Positions 42,322 to 51,647 are shown, numbered from the stretch's first letter. The stretch is 64,000 nt of DNA from Gammaproteobacteria bacterium (GCA_965222615.1 CBDCUI010000007.1:224001-288000), one strand, 5' to 3'. The notes: generated by a model not told the origin, from the sequence alone. A program made the numbers and translations.

Positions 42322-42987
42322 GTGACAGCTACACTTGTCGTTTTAGCTTTTATTTTGGGCGGAGTTGTAATTTGGCTGATTCGCCAAACCATTAATACAC
42401 AACCGTGGGCCGAAGAAGGGTTAGTAGGTCATGATCATGCTGGTGGTGCCTTTTCAATTCCCCCTGCAAAAGTTGGTTTACTAGTGTTCCTGGCAGTTGC
42501 GAGTTCCGTGTTTTCATTGTTTGTCAGCGCCTATTTCCAACGCATGGAGTTTGGTGATTGGCAACCGCTACCCGAACCGAGTGTTTTATGGTTTAACACC
42601 GGTTTATTAATTTTAGCAAGTGTCTTTTTTCAACTGGCACGCAATGCAGCCGTTCATAACAAAGCCCGTGGTGTGAAATCCAATTTGTTGATTGCAGGGC
42701 TTTTCACTCTTGCGTTCATCGCAGGGCAGTTGTGGGCTTGGCAAGGACTACAAGACGCAGGTTATTTTCTTACCAACAATCCTGCCAATGCATTCTTTTA
42801 TGTGTTAACCACGGTACATGCCTTACATATACTTGGCGGGTTATGGGTATGGAGCAAAACTACGTTTAAATTACAAAATAATGTTGAAGTACAGAAGGTT
42901 CGTATGAGTGTAGAGCTCTGCACCATTTATTGGCACTTCTTACTGTTAGTTTGGTTAGTGTTATTCGCACTACTATTGTCTACTTAA
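42322..42987 (+). CDS. Cytochrome c oxidase subunit III-like (CoxO type)
   Basis: WFNTGLL..S, FFYVLT.VHALH, YWHFL. Confidence 0.88.
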   Translation: MTATLVVLAFILGGVVIWLIRQTINTQPWAEEGLVGHDHAGGAFSIPPAKVGLLVFLAVASSVFSLFVSAYFQRMEFGDWQPLPEPSVLWFNTGLLILASVFFQLARNAAVHNKARGVKSNLLIAGLFTLAFIAGQLWAWQGLQDAGYFLTNNPANAFFYVLTTVHALHILGGLWVWSKTTFKLQNNVEVQKVRMSVELCTIYWHFLLLVWLVLFALLLST

Positions 42988-43016
42988 CTTGGTCTACATA
43001 ACGAGGATATAAACAT

Positions 43017-43694
43017 ATGGCACAAAGTTCTGGAGATGTTATAACAAACGATGCTGCAAATAGTCTAGTAACGGATTGGGCCGCAGATAAAGAAGTATTT
43101 AAGGTCCACTGGGGCAAGGCCATGATGTGGATTTTCTTACTCAGTGATACATTCATCTTTACTTCTTTTCTTACCGGCTATATGAAGGTACGTATCAGCT
43201 CTACGATACCGTGGCCGAATGCCAGTGAGATTTTTGCATTATCATTCGGCGGCGAACCCATTCCACTAATCCTCATTGCGATTATGACTATGGTGTTGAT
43301 CACTAGTAGTGGCACCATGGCGCTGGCAGTGAACTATGGCTATCGTAGAGATCGTGGCAAAACTGCTTTATTCTTACTCATTACCGCAGCATTTGGTCTT
43401 ACTTTTGTCGGTATGCAAGCCTTTGAGTGGACTAAACTCATCGTCGATGAAGGCGTACGCCCTTGGAGCAACCCATTTGGTGCCCCACAATTTGGTGCCT
43501 GCTTCTTTATGATCACAGGATTTCATGGTGGCCACGTATCTGGGGGAGTAATTTACTTAACCTATGTAGCGATTGGAGTGTTAAACGGTCGTTATGAGAA
43601 AAAAGGCTATGATATCGTCGAGATTGCCGGTCTCTACTGGCACTTTGTAGATTTGGTTTGGGTATTTATTTTTGCATTCTTTTATCTTTGGTGA
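43017..43694 (+). CDS. Cytochrome c oxidase subunit III-like (CoxP type)
   Basis: WGKAMMWIFLLSDTFIF, FFMITGFHGGHV, GLYWHFVDLVW. Confidence 0.9.
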   Translation: MAQSSGDVITNDAANSLVTDWAADKEVFKVHWGKAMMWIFLLSDTFIFTSFLTGYMKVRISSTIPWPNASEIFALSFGGEPIPLILIAIMTMVLITSSGTMALAVNYGYRRDRGKTALFLLITAAFGLTFVGMQAFEWTKLIVDEGVRPWSNPFGAPQFGACFFMITGFHGGHVSGGVIYLTYVAIGVLNGRYEKKGYDIVEIAGLYWHFVDLVWVFIFAFFYLW

Positions 43695-43703
43695 GGAATA
43701 AAA

Positions 43704-44063
43704 ATGGCAGCAGAAGGACAACAACACCCCCTTAGTATTTATATCTGGATATGGATTTTGCTATTCATACTCAGCACATTTTCTTATCTAGTGGACTATT
43801 TCCAAATTCAAGGCTATTTAAGGTGGAACCTTATTCTCACCTTTATGATGTTAAAGGCTGGTTTCATTGTAGCCATCTTTATGCACATGGCCTGGGAAAG
43901 ACTGGCACTAATTACTGCCATACTCGCCCCACCTATTGTTTTATTATTGCTTATAGGACTGATGTCTATTGAAGGCGATTACACTTATCTTTCTCGCGCC
44001 AAGTTTTTTGGTGTAGAGGAAGCACCTATTGTAGAACATCACGGCAGTAAAGCCGGGCATTAG
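43704..44063 (+). CDS. Cytochrome c oxidase subunit IV family protein
   Basis: QQHP..IY..IW..LF.LS.FSY, KAG.IVA.FMHM.WE. Confidence 0.85.
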   Translation: MAAEGQQHPLSIYIWIWILLFILSTFSYLVDYFQIQGYLRWNLILTFMMLKAGFIVAIFMHMAWERLALITAILAPPIVLLLLIGLMSIEGDYTYLSRAKFFGVEEAPIVEHHGSKAGH

Positions 44064-44086
44064 ACTTTATTTTTATCAAAAATGTT

Positions 44087-44734
44087 GTGATTCCAAAATG
44101 GCTCGTAACCCACAACTTTAGATATAACCAAGCACTAGCTAGTCTTACATTATTGTTTTTTTTTCTATTGTTGCATTGCACTAATGCACAATCGCATGGC
44201 GGTGTATTCCTGGAAGATGATTTATGCGTGATTCAAATTGGTTTTTACCAAGCGCATTTCACTATTTATCAGCCGCAACAAAGCCAGCATAAAGAATTTT
44301 GTGAAGATATACCCTATGCCAACGAAAGTATATTTGTAATGGAATATATGCATGATGGCTTAAGAGAGGCTCCAGTAGATTTCCGTATCATTAAAGATGT
44401 ACTTAATCGCGGTCGATTTTTTCAACAAAAAGATCTAGAGAAAATTGATAACATCGAAGATATATCGGTTTTTTATCAAGCACCTTCAGTTCAACAAACC
44501 GGTGTATTCTTAGCATTGCACCAATTTGAACAAAAAGGTAATTATGTTGGCATTGTAACAGCACATATCCCAAACAATACTGAACAATACGTTGCCACAT
44601 TCCCGTTTAGAGTGGGTAGTCGAGACTGGGGTTATTTACCTTTGTTGGTAGTTCTAATAATTTTTTTACAGCTAAATTACTGGTTAATGAATGGTGGCTA
44701 TAGCCGCTTAAGAAGACAGTTTCACTCTCAGTAA
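44087..44734 (+). CDS. PmoD/AmoD-like periplasmic copper protein
   Basis: Signal peptide then HGGV..EDD.C, HFT.YQP, EFCEDIP, LR..PVDFRII, FPF.VG and a C-terminal TM; matches the recalled PmoD/AmoD pattern; exact start uncertain. Confidence 0.7.
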   Translation: MIPKWLVTHNFRYNQALASLTLLFFFLLLHCTNAQSHGGVFLEDDLCVIQIGFYQAHFTIYQPQQSQHKEFCEDIPYANESIFVMEYMHDGLREAPVDFRIIKDVLNRGRFFQQKDLEKIDNIEDISVFYQAPSVQQTGVFLALHQFEQKGNYVGIVTAHIPNNTEQYVATFPFRVGSRDWGYLPLLVVLIIFLQLNYWLMNGGYSRLRRQFHSQ

Positions 44735-44752
44735 AAATAATTCTAACACAAA

Positions 44753-45187
44753 TTGAGATTTATGATTAACAACACTACAAAAATAATTTTGATATTTTTT
44801 TTGGTATTACTACCAATAATACTGCTAGCACAAGAAGATCAATCTGCTCCAGAAAATACAACAACAAAATGGACTGAGCAAAAACATTTTAAAGTAAGTA
44901 TCTCAAGCAAGCTTGACCCGATAACGATTAACACGATGCATGCATGGATTATTCATGTTGAAAATAACAAGCAACAAGATGTTTTAGAAGCGAATATAAC
45001 TGTTGATGGGGGAATGCCTGAACACGACCATGGACTACCTACTCACCCACAAATTACCAAGAATTTAGGTGATGGTTGCTACTTGCTTGAAGGTATGAAA
45101 TTTCATATGGGAGGTTGGTGGACAATCTCAATCGCTATTAACGATGGTAGCATTAGTGATCGTGTAACGTTTGACTTAAATTTGTAA
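44753..45187 (+). CDS. YtkA/FixH-like periplasmic Ig-fold protein (putative Cu chaperone)
   Basis: Signal peptide, DGGMPEHDHGLPT.P, Y..EGMKFHMGGWW. Confidence 0.78.
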   Translation: MRFMINNTTKIILIFFLVLLPIILLAQEDQSAPENTTTKWTEQKHFKVSISSKLDPITINTMHAWIIHVENNKQQDVLEANITVDGGMPEHDHGLPTHPQITKNLGDGCYLLEGMKFHMGGWWTISIAINDGSISDRVTFDLNL

Positions 45188-45195
45188 AAACCTCA

Positions 45196-46476
45196 ATGTC
45201 GAAAGTATCCCGAGGACTCTTAAGTTCAATTATTACCATTGGCATACTACTCGCTGCTATTTGGATTTATCATCAAACCAAACCTCTCAAAACATGGACC
45301 AAGCAAGAAATCAAACTTTTACAATCTCTGTGGATCGGTAACCTCCCTCCAGTCCCAGCCGATAGTAGCAATGCAGTTGCTGACGAACCACTTGCAGCAA
45401 AATTTGGCCATCAGCTATTTTTTGATTCAAGATTAAGTAAAAGCGGCAAGGTCTCATGTGCAACCTGTCATCAACCCGAACTTTTTTTCACAGATGGTTT
45501 AAAAATTGCAGAAGGCCATAAAGTAGGAACCCGCAATACTATGAGTGTTGTGGGAACAGTTTATAGTCCATGGTTTTTTTGGGACGGTCGCAGAGACAGT
45601 TTATGGTCACAAGCCTTAACACCATTAGAAACATCACATGAACACGCTGGCAACCGCATGCAATATGCAACGCTGATTTCACAAGACGCGGATTACCGCA
45701 CAACTTATCAAGCGCTATTTGGTAATTTACCTGATTTCTCTGATAGGGCCCGCTTTCCTCAAAATGCAGGACCTACGAATCAAACGCAGTGGGATAAAGC
45801 ATGGCAATCTATGCAGTCTAGCGACAGGCAAATTGTAAACACAGTCTTTGCCAATATCGGCAAATCTATTGCCGCCTATGAACGCTTACTTCTACCCAGC
45901 TCATCACGATTTGATGCCTATGTAGAAGCAATTCTAAATAGCGACTCAGCAGGAATGGAAATATTGAGTTTCAATGAGATTGCTGGATTAAAATTATTCA
46001 TCGGCAAAGCGCAGTGCATTAATTGCCACAATGGGCCACTTCTCACCAATAATGAATTTCATAATACCGGAATTCTATCTTCACCAGGACAACTACCAAG
46101 CATAGGCCGTGTTGAGGGTGCGCAGAACGTAGTTAGCGATCCATTTAATTGTTTAGGAACATTTGATGACGCTGCAGCCAAGGAATGTGATGAGTTAAGA
46201 TTTATAAGAACCGGCGATGAATTAATCGGTGCTCATAAAACGCCATCATTAAGAAATATTGCAGAAACTGCTCCCTATATGCATGCGGGACAACTAGATA
46301 GTCTTACAGAAGTGATCAAAAATTATAATCGTGCTCCAGCTGCAATGATTGGTCACAATGAAGTCAAACCATTAAATTTAAACATCATGGAGATGCAACA
46401 ATTAGAAGCTTTTCTACACAGTCTGTCTGCACCACTTGCAACTGAACCTAAATGGCTAAAACCTCCGAATAAATGA
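45196..46476 (+). CDS. Di-haem bCcP/MauG superfamily protein (MauG/MbnH-like)
   Basis: LFFD.RLS..GKVSCATCH, FWDGR, CINCH.GP, KTPSLRN...TAPYMHAG...L.EVI..Y. Confidence 0.88.
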   Translation: MSKVSRGLLSSIITIGILLAAIWIYHQTKPLKTWTKQEIKLLQSLWIGNLPPVPADSSNAVADEPLAAKFGHQLFFDSRLSKSGKVSCATCHQPELFFTDGLKIAEGHKVGTRNTMSVVGTVYSPWFFWDGRRDSLWSQALTPLETSHEHAGNRMQYATLISQDADYRTTYQALFGNLPDFSDRARFPQNAGPTNQTQWDKAWQSMQSSDRQIVNTVFANIGKSIAAYERLLLPSSSRFDAYVEAILNSDSAGMEILSFNEIAGLKLFIGKAQCINCHNGPLLTNNEFHNTGILSSPGQLPSIGRVEGAQNVVSDPFNCLGTFDDAAAKECDELRFIRTGDELIGAHKTPSLRNIAETAPYMHAGQLDSLTEVIKNYNRAPAAMIGHNEVKPLNLNIMEMQQLEAFLHSLSAPLATEPKWLKPPNK

Positions 46477-46572
46477 ATAAGATATTAGCTAGTTAACATC
46501 GCTATAGATCACTTCTTTTCCTGATACTTTAAAGGCAAACAATCAACAACTCTTAAATCTAGTTAAGTTTTT

Positions 46573-47016
46573 GTGTTTGTTGCCGATAATTCAACTACAA
46601 ACCAACCATTTAAAAGCTACTTAGCAATAGCCCCCTCAGTGACACAAATACTTAAAAGCATAGCTATTTTTACTTTTCTAAGTTTGCAAGCTGCTGAATC
46701 AGCTACAACTTTAATCATCTGTGAATACGATAAGTTTGCATCAGTTCAAAAAGTCGAACCTGTCACTGAGATTTTTCAATTAACCTTTTCAGTAAATAAA
46801 GAAACTAGTGAGGCTCAAGTAATCCGTAAAAATGGAACTACTGATGTACAACTTCTACCTACCGGCGGAGGATTCACTTTTATAGAAGTTAATGAACGTG
46901 GCAATGTTCTCACCACCACAGTTGATGTGTACGGAAAATCTGCTCACAGCCGAAATACCATTCTAGATAGTGAACTTATTCCTAGTCAGTTTTATGGTAC
47001 ATGTGACTATAAATAG
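46573..47016 (+). CDS. Hypothetical exported protein
   Basis: Hydrophobic leader, beta-rich body, terminal QFYGTC; start uncertain. Confidence 0.55.
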   Translation: MFVADNSTTNQPFKSYLAIAPSVTQILKSIAIFTFLSLQAAESATTLIICEYDKFASVQKVEPVTEIFQLTFSVNKETSEAQVIRKNGTTDVQLLPTGGGFTFIEVNERGNVLTTTVDVYGKSAHSRNTILDSELIPSQFYGTCDYK

Positions 47017-47048
47017 AATTCACACACTTATATATTAGAGTTTGATAC

Positions 47049-47801
47049 TTATCCTTGATCATGTAGTTCACAAGGACTACGCAGTTCTTCTGGAACATCA
47101 GGTGGACACACTCCACATGCTTGATTACCCGGGACAGCAAAATTAATTTTACGTGGATATGGTAAATCTAAATTATTCATAATTTCTATGAATTCTTGTT
47201 TTGACTTATTGTTCCCTAAGCGTGGATTACGAATTTTCTCTTGCGCAATCGTGCTAACGAAACGACCTTCGTAATCATGAGCTGGATACACAAGTGTATC
47301 TTCAGGTAAGCAGAACAACTTATTCTGAATGCTTTCATAAAGAGTTGCTGCATCGCCTGATTGAAAATCAGTCCGCCCACAAGCTTCTATAAGCAGCGCA
47401 TCACCTGTAAATACCATGTTCTGGACACCATTATCGATTAAATAAGCATAATGATGATCGGTATGTCCAGGGGTAAATAAGGGATATAATTCAATTTTAC
47501 CAACACGAAAAATTTTACCTTCTTCTACGCCAATATCTTGGCAAGGAAGCTCAGCTTGCTTGGGATAGACGATTTTATTTCCTGTGAGAGCTTTGAGCTT
47601 GGTTGCACTGGTGAGATGATCTGCATGAATATGGGTTTCTACCGTGTAATCAAGTTCTAGGTCTAGCTCTTTCAACACTTCCATATCACGCTCAACGGTT
47701 TCCAATACAGGGTCGATTAATGCGACTACTCCCGTATCTTGACAGGCTATTAAATATGTATAGGTAGATGAACTAGGTTCAAACAACTGGCGAAAAATCA
47801 A
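47049..47801 (-). CDS. Persulfide dioxygenase (ETHE1/Sdo-like MBL-fold protein)
   Basis: IFRQLFEP.SSTYTYL, ETHIHADH, TPGHT, FTGDALLI..CGRTDFQ, PAHDY, NPRL. Confidence 0.9.
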   Translation of the reverse strand: MIFRQLFEPSSSTYTYLIACQDTGVVALIDPVLETVERDMEVLKELDLELDYTVETHIHADHLTSATKLKALTGNKIVYPKQAELPCQDIGVEEGKIFRVGKIELYPLFTPGHTDHHYAYLIDNGVQNMVFTGDALLIEACGRTDFQSGDAATLYESIQNKLFCLPEDTLVYPAHDYEGRFVSTIAQEKIRNPRLGNNKSKQEFIEIMNNLDLPYPRKINFAVPGNQACGVCPPDVPEELRSPCELHDQG

Positions 47802-47829
47802 AATGCCTCCCTATTTAAGCGATGTGTCG

Positions 47830-48117
47830 TTACTTATGGGCGATGGGTTTATCAGTAAATAAATAGTCTTTTAGTTCTTTGTCAAATGCAGGATCTTTAC
47901 GTCTAATCCACTCTAAAACCATCGCTGCATGCTCTTTTTCTTCATCTCGATTATGTGCAAGAATAGCTTTTAAATCTGAATCACTACACGCATCGACACG
48001 CTGATTGTACCAATCAACTGCTTCAAGCTCTTCCATTAAAGAAGTAATTGCACGATGCATATCTCGTGTTGCACTGGAGAGCTCATCAATAGATTCATGG
48101 TAACCTTCATTTGCCAT
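47830..48117 (-). CDS. Encapsulin-associated-type ferritin-like protein (EncFtn), short form
   Basis: YHE...LS..TRDMHRAI.SL.EELEAVDWYNQR...HNRDEEKEHAAM.LEW.RR. Confidence 0.9.
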   Translation of the reverse strand: MANEGYHESIDELSSATRDMHRAITSLMEELEAVDWYNQRVDACSDSDLKAILAHNRDEEKEHAAMVLEWIRRKDPAFDKELKDYLFTDKPIAHK

Positions 48118-48298
48118 GTTAGACTCCTTATTGCGTAAACTTGTTTGTTATAGAAATATTGCTAGCTAGTGAAAAACATTTAACACTAACAGACTTAAAT
48201 CATACATGTATAAATTAGATATATATTTGAGATTATCGCAACACAGATTATTATTATAAAGAACTGTATTTGATTTTTACCAACAAACCTATAAACAT

Positions 48299-49675
48299 AT
48301 GAAGTACGAAGTCATCGATGCCATTGTATATCCAGATGGACAATTAGACATATTATCAAAAGTTGAAGTCAGTAGACTTTTAGACACCAGCCAAGGCGGG
48401 CTATATGATTTATTTAGAAATTGTTCACTTGCAGTTCTCAATTGTGGCACCCCACTTGATGATGGCAGAGAACTATTAGAACGGTATAAGTCCTTTGATA
48501 TCTCTATCATTCAAGAAGAAAAGGGAATTAGCCTTAAACTAACCAATGCACCTGCAAGTGCCTTTGTAGACGATCAAATCATCAAGGGCATTGGTGAGCA
48601 TCTATTTGCTGTATTGCGAGACATAATTTATGTAGATGATGAAATTTATAACAATCCTAAACTTAATTTAGAAACATCAGAAGGAATCACAGATGCTGTA
48701 TTTCATATTCTTCGCAATGCTGATGTTCTACAATCCATAACTAAACCGGATTTAGTCGTATGTTGGGGTGGACATTCCATTACCCGAGATGAGTACGATT
48801 ATTCTAAAGAAGTAGGTTATCAACTAGGTTTGCGTGGCTACAACATCTGTACTGGTTGCGGACCCGGTGCTATGAAAGGGCCTATGAAAGGGGCAGCAGT
48901 CGGTCAAGCAAAACAACGAATTCAAAACTCTCATTATCTAGGCATTACCGAGCCGGGCATAATCGCAGCGGAACCTCCGAACCCCATTGTAAATAATCTT
49001 GTCATTCTACCTGATATTGAAAAACGACTTGAAGCCTTTGTCCGTATTGGACATGCAATGATTGTGTTTCCTGGTGGAGTAGGTACTGCAGAAGAAATTT
49101 TTTATACCCTGGGTGTGCTATTACACCCCAATAACAAAAATATACCTTTCCCCTTAATCTTTACTGGCCCTGAAAGCTCAAGCAGTTATTTTGATGAAAT
49201 TGACTCTTTTATTGTCAATACACTTGGGAAATCAGTTCAAAACTTTTATAAGATTATTATTAATGATCCAATTTCGGTAGCAAAAGAAATTCAACTAGGC
49301 ATCGAGAAAGTAAGAAAATACAGAGAAGAAAAAAATGATGCCTATTATTTTAACTGGACATTAAATATAGGACCGAAATTTCAAAAACCGTTTGATCCTA
49401 CACATGAAAATATGTATTCGCTTGAATTACATAAAAATCAAGAACGCTTTTCACTGGCGGCAAATATTCGTGACGCCTTATCTGGAATTGTTTCTGGAAA
49501 TGTAAAAGAACAAGGCATTCGATCAGTTGAAGAGAACGGGCCTTTAAAACTCAAAGGAGATAAGGCTGTAATAAACCCAATGTTATCTCTGCTACATTCT
49601 TTTGAGAAAATGCAACGTATGAAAATCCCCGGTAGTAGTTATAAGCCCTGTTATGAATTAATTTCCAAAAATTAA
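48299..49675 (+). CDS. ppnN: Nucleotide 5'-monophosphate nucleosidase
   Basis: LFRNCSLAVLN.G, VCWGGHSI, CTGCGPGAMKGPMKGA, PDIEKRLEAFVR, FPGGVGTAEE. Confidence 0.93.
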   Translation: MKYEVIDAIVYPDGQLDILSKVEVSRLLDTSQGGLYDLFRNCSLAVLNCGTPLDDGRELLERYKSFDISIIQEEKGISLKLTNAPASAFVDDQIIKGIGEHLFAVLRDIIYVDDEIYNNPKLNLETSEGITDAVFHILRNADVLQSITKPDLVVCWGGHSITRDEYDYSKEVGYQLGLRGYNICTGCGPGAMKGPMKGAAVGQAKQRIQNSHYLGITEPGIIAAEPPNPIVNNLVILPDIEKRLEAFVRIGHAMIVFPGGVGTAEEIFYTLGVLLHPNNKNIPFPLIFTGPESSSSYFDEIDSFIVNTLGKSVQNFYKIIINDPISVAKEIQLGIEKVRKYREEKNDAYYFNWTLNIGPKFQKPFDPTHENMYSLELHKNQERFSLAANIRDALSGIVSGNVKEQGIRSVEENGPLKLKGDKAVINPMLSLLHSFEKMQRMKIPGSSYKPCYELISKN

Positions 49676-49698
49676 AATTAAATAATAATTAAAGTAGT

Positions 49699-49926
49699 TT
49701 ACCAATGCTCCCATATTTCCCAATAGGTAGTACCATCTTTAACAAACTTTCTGATGCCAGCTTTACGTTTATGCTCTAGTGCCTTTTTATATGCTTTACC
49801 TTCAGCCGAAGAACCTTCTGCTTCTTGGCGAGTTTGAAAGTAAGTCACAAAGTGCCAACCTTTCCTATTCAATATGCCAGTATCAAGCCCATCGAGTTTT
49901 TCCACCTGATCCGGTTCTTCACTCAT
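49699..49926 (-). CDS. Small hypothetical protein
   Basis: 75-aa ORF with protein-like composition; no family recognised. Confidence 0.55.
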   Translation of the reverse strand: MSEEPDQVEKLDGLDTGILNRKGWHFVTYFQTRQEAEGSSAEGKAYKKALEHKRKAGIRKFVKDGTTYWEIWEHW

Positions 49927-50013
49927 CTAAATTGCCCCGAAATTATTGTTTGAAATAAAGCGTCAAATATTTGACATTGCGAATTAAGCGCATTAGCAGT
50001 AATAATATACGCC

Positions 50014-50313
50014 ATGTTTCATGTTTGCCACTATAAAAACCAACGTCTTATACCTTCTGTACACAAAAATCACCCTCGTGATTACTACGCCACTTTTTGC
50101 ATTGATAATGGCAAAACAACAAGGTGCTTTACTATACGCCCCAATTTCAAAACCGAGGGACAAGCCAGAGAAGCTGCTTATAAAGTGGGTCGTGCGAAAA
50201 TAGACTCAATCCTAGAAGAAAATAAATGGGATCATCTGTCCAAAAAATTCCAACGGCTTATGCAACCCAAAAAAGGAGAAAAACGAAAAGCCGAGACAGT
50301 TTATATAGATTAA
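50014..50313 (+). CDS. Small hypothetical protein
   Basis: YK....P.V...F.T...A..AA...G..KID pattern shared with 50887..51183. Confidence 0.6.
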   Translation: MFHVCHYKNQRLIPSVHKNHPRDYYATFCIDNGKTTRCFTIRPNFKTEGQAREAAYKVGRAKIDSILEENKWDHLSKKFQRLMQPKKGEKRKAETVYID

Positions 50314-50886
50314 CAAAACCAGTTTGCTATTTATCCAGCAGTACAATACTTATCTAGCCACTGATAGAATCAACTCTAACTACTAATAATTTAAATACCA
50401 AGTGCTTTTAGTTATTTAATTAACTATTTAAGCAGTGCACTTAGTGTATGCATTAAATTAAGTAACTGTTCTTCAACAAAAGGATTATAATCCATACAGC
50501 AACTGCTAGGCGCTCCGTCTTTTTCTGTTTACACACTGACTTTGACATGACTATTGTCATTGGAATGTACGCAATATCTCTATTAAACATATAAGATTGA
50601 ATAACGACAAATAGCACTTGGGTTAAAGTGGCATTTGTTCTCATTAATGATTAGTGATAAACAAGCTAAAGCAAATTATTCCTTTATAAATTTCTAATAC
50701 GTATCTCAGAAAGTTTCATATAACTGGTAGTTTTCTATATTTATTAAACTGATTCATATCATAGTTCATAGTTAAGATCTATCATTGAAGTTATTAATTT
50801 ATACAGCTATATTATTGGCCATCAATATGTCTATTGTTGGTTACTGTTAAAAATTAAAGTTTTGTTGAATTAGGGTTGGAGTTAAA

Positions 50887-51183
50887 GTGAAAAAATATCC
50901 TGTCATGGAATACAAGGGCTTTAAATTTCAGCCTATTGTAATGGCTACAGAGACAGAGGTTGATAGTCCAGGCACTTGGTATGAATACACCATCAAGGGT
51001 TGGCGCGGCAGGAGAAGCTGCGTAATTAGAGGACAGAGCTTATTCCGAGACCCTGATAAGGCCGCTCAAGCCGCGATTGAATTTAGTGAAAGCAAAATCG
51101 ATGAACATTTATCAAAATTTTACAGTTCACTTTTTTACAGGTTTATTTGCACAATAGGCTACTGTCCGGCATCTAAATATTAA
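50887..51183 (+). CDS. Small hypothetical protein, apparent paralogue of 50014..50313
   Basis: GGAG RBS; YKGF..QP.V...F.....A..AA......KID. Confidence 0.6.
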   Translation: MKKYPVMEYKGFKFQPIVMATETEVDSPGTWYEYTIKGWRGRRSCVIRGQSLFRDPDKAAQAAIEFSESKIDEHLSKFYSSLFYRFICTIGYCPASKY

Positions 51184-51488
51184 TTATTGTTAATTTTTCC
51201 GAGAAAAAATTGGCTGCGTATTGAGCCACTACAGAATATCTTTACTATCCAACTTTGCATAAATTTAGATTTCACACATCAGACAGCACAAATAATCAGT
51301 GAGTTAATATTAACTAATCTACTTCTTTGTATTCTATTAACGGTAACTCACTAACGAAAACTTAACAAAAGCTAGATAATACCTTAACAATAATAGCGTA
51401 CTTTCAGATTTCTAGATGTGGTTCAATTTTACTAGCTCGATTTTGAGGGATAATATTAAAAAGCGACCTTTTTGCAAAAAGGAATGAG

Positions 51489-51647
51489 ATGAGGGAATTA
51501 AAAATAGCTGATTTAATTGTGGTTGGTTTATTCGTTATCGGAACCATCGTAGCATTTACTCAATCTACTAATTCAGAAACAACAGCTGAAAACAATATCG
51601 CTGAAACTCCAACACTTCAAGATGAAGTGATTGAGCCCGCAAGCTAG
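51489..51647 (+). CDS. Small membrane-anchored protein (52 aa), below the ORF-track cut-off
   Basis: AAGGA RBS; MRELKIADLIVVGLFVIGTIVAFTQSTNSETTAENNIAETPTLQDEVIEPAS*. Confidence 0.55.
   Translation: MRELKIADLIVVGLFVIGTIVAFTQSTNSETTAENNIAETPTLQDEVIEPAS

Noticed and set aside
44087-44734. Calling the organism a methanotroph or ammonia oxidiser from the PmoD-like gene
   Set aside because: No pmo/amo or other C1/nitrification genes in the window; cannot be concluded
50453-50644. 63-aa minus-strand ORF
   Set aside because: AT-rich region, no clear RBS or family signal; cannot be supported
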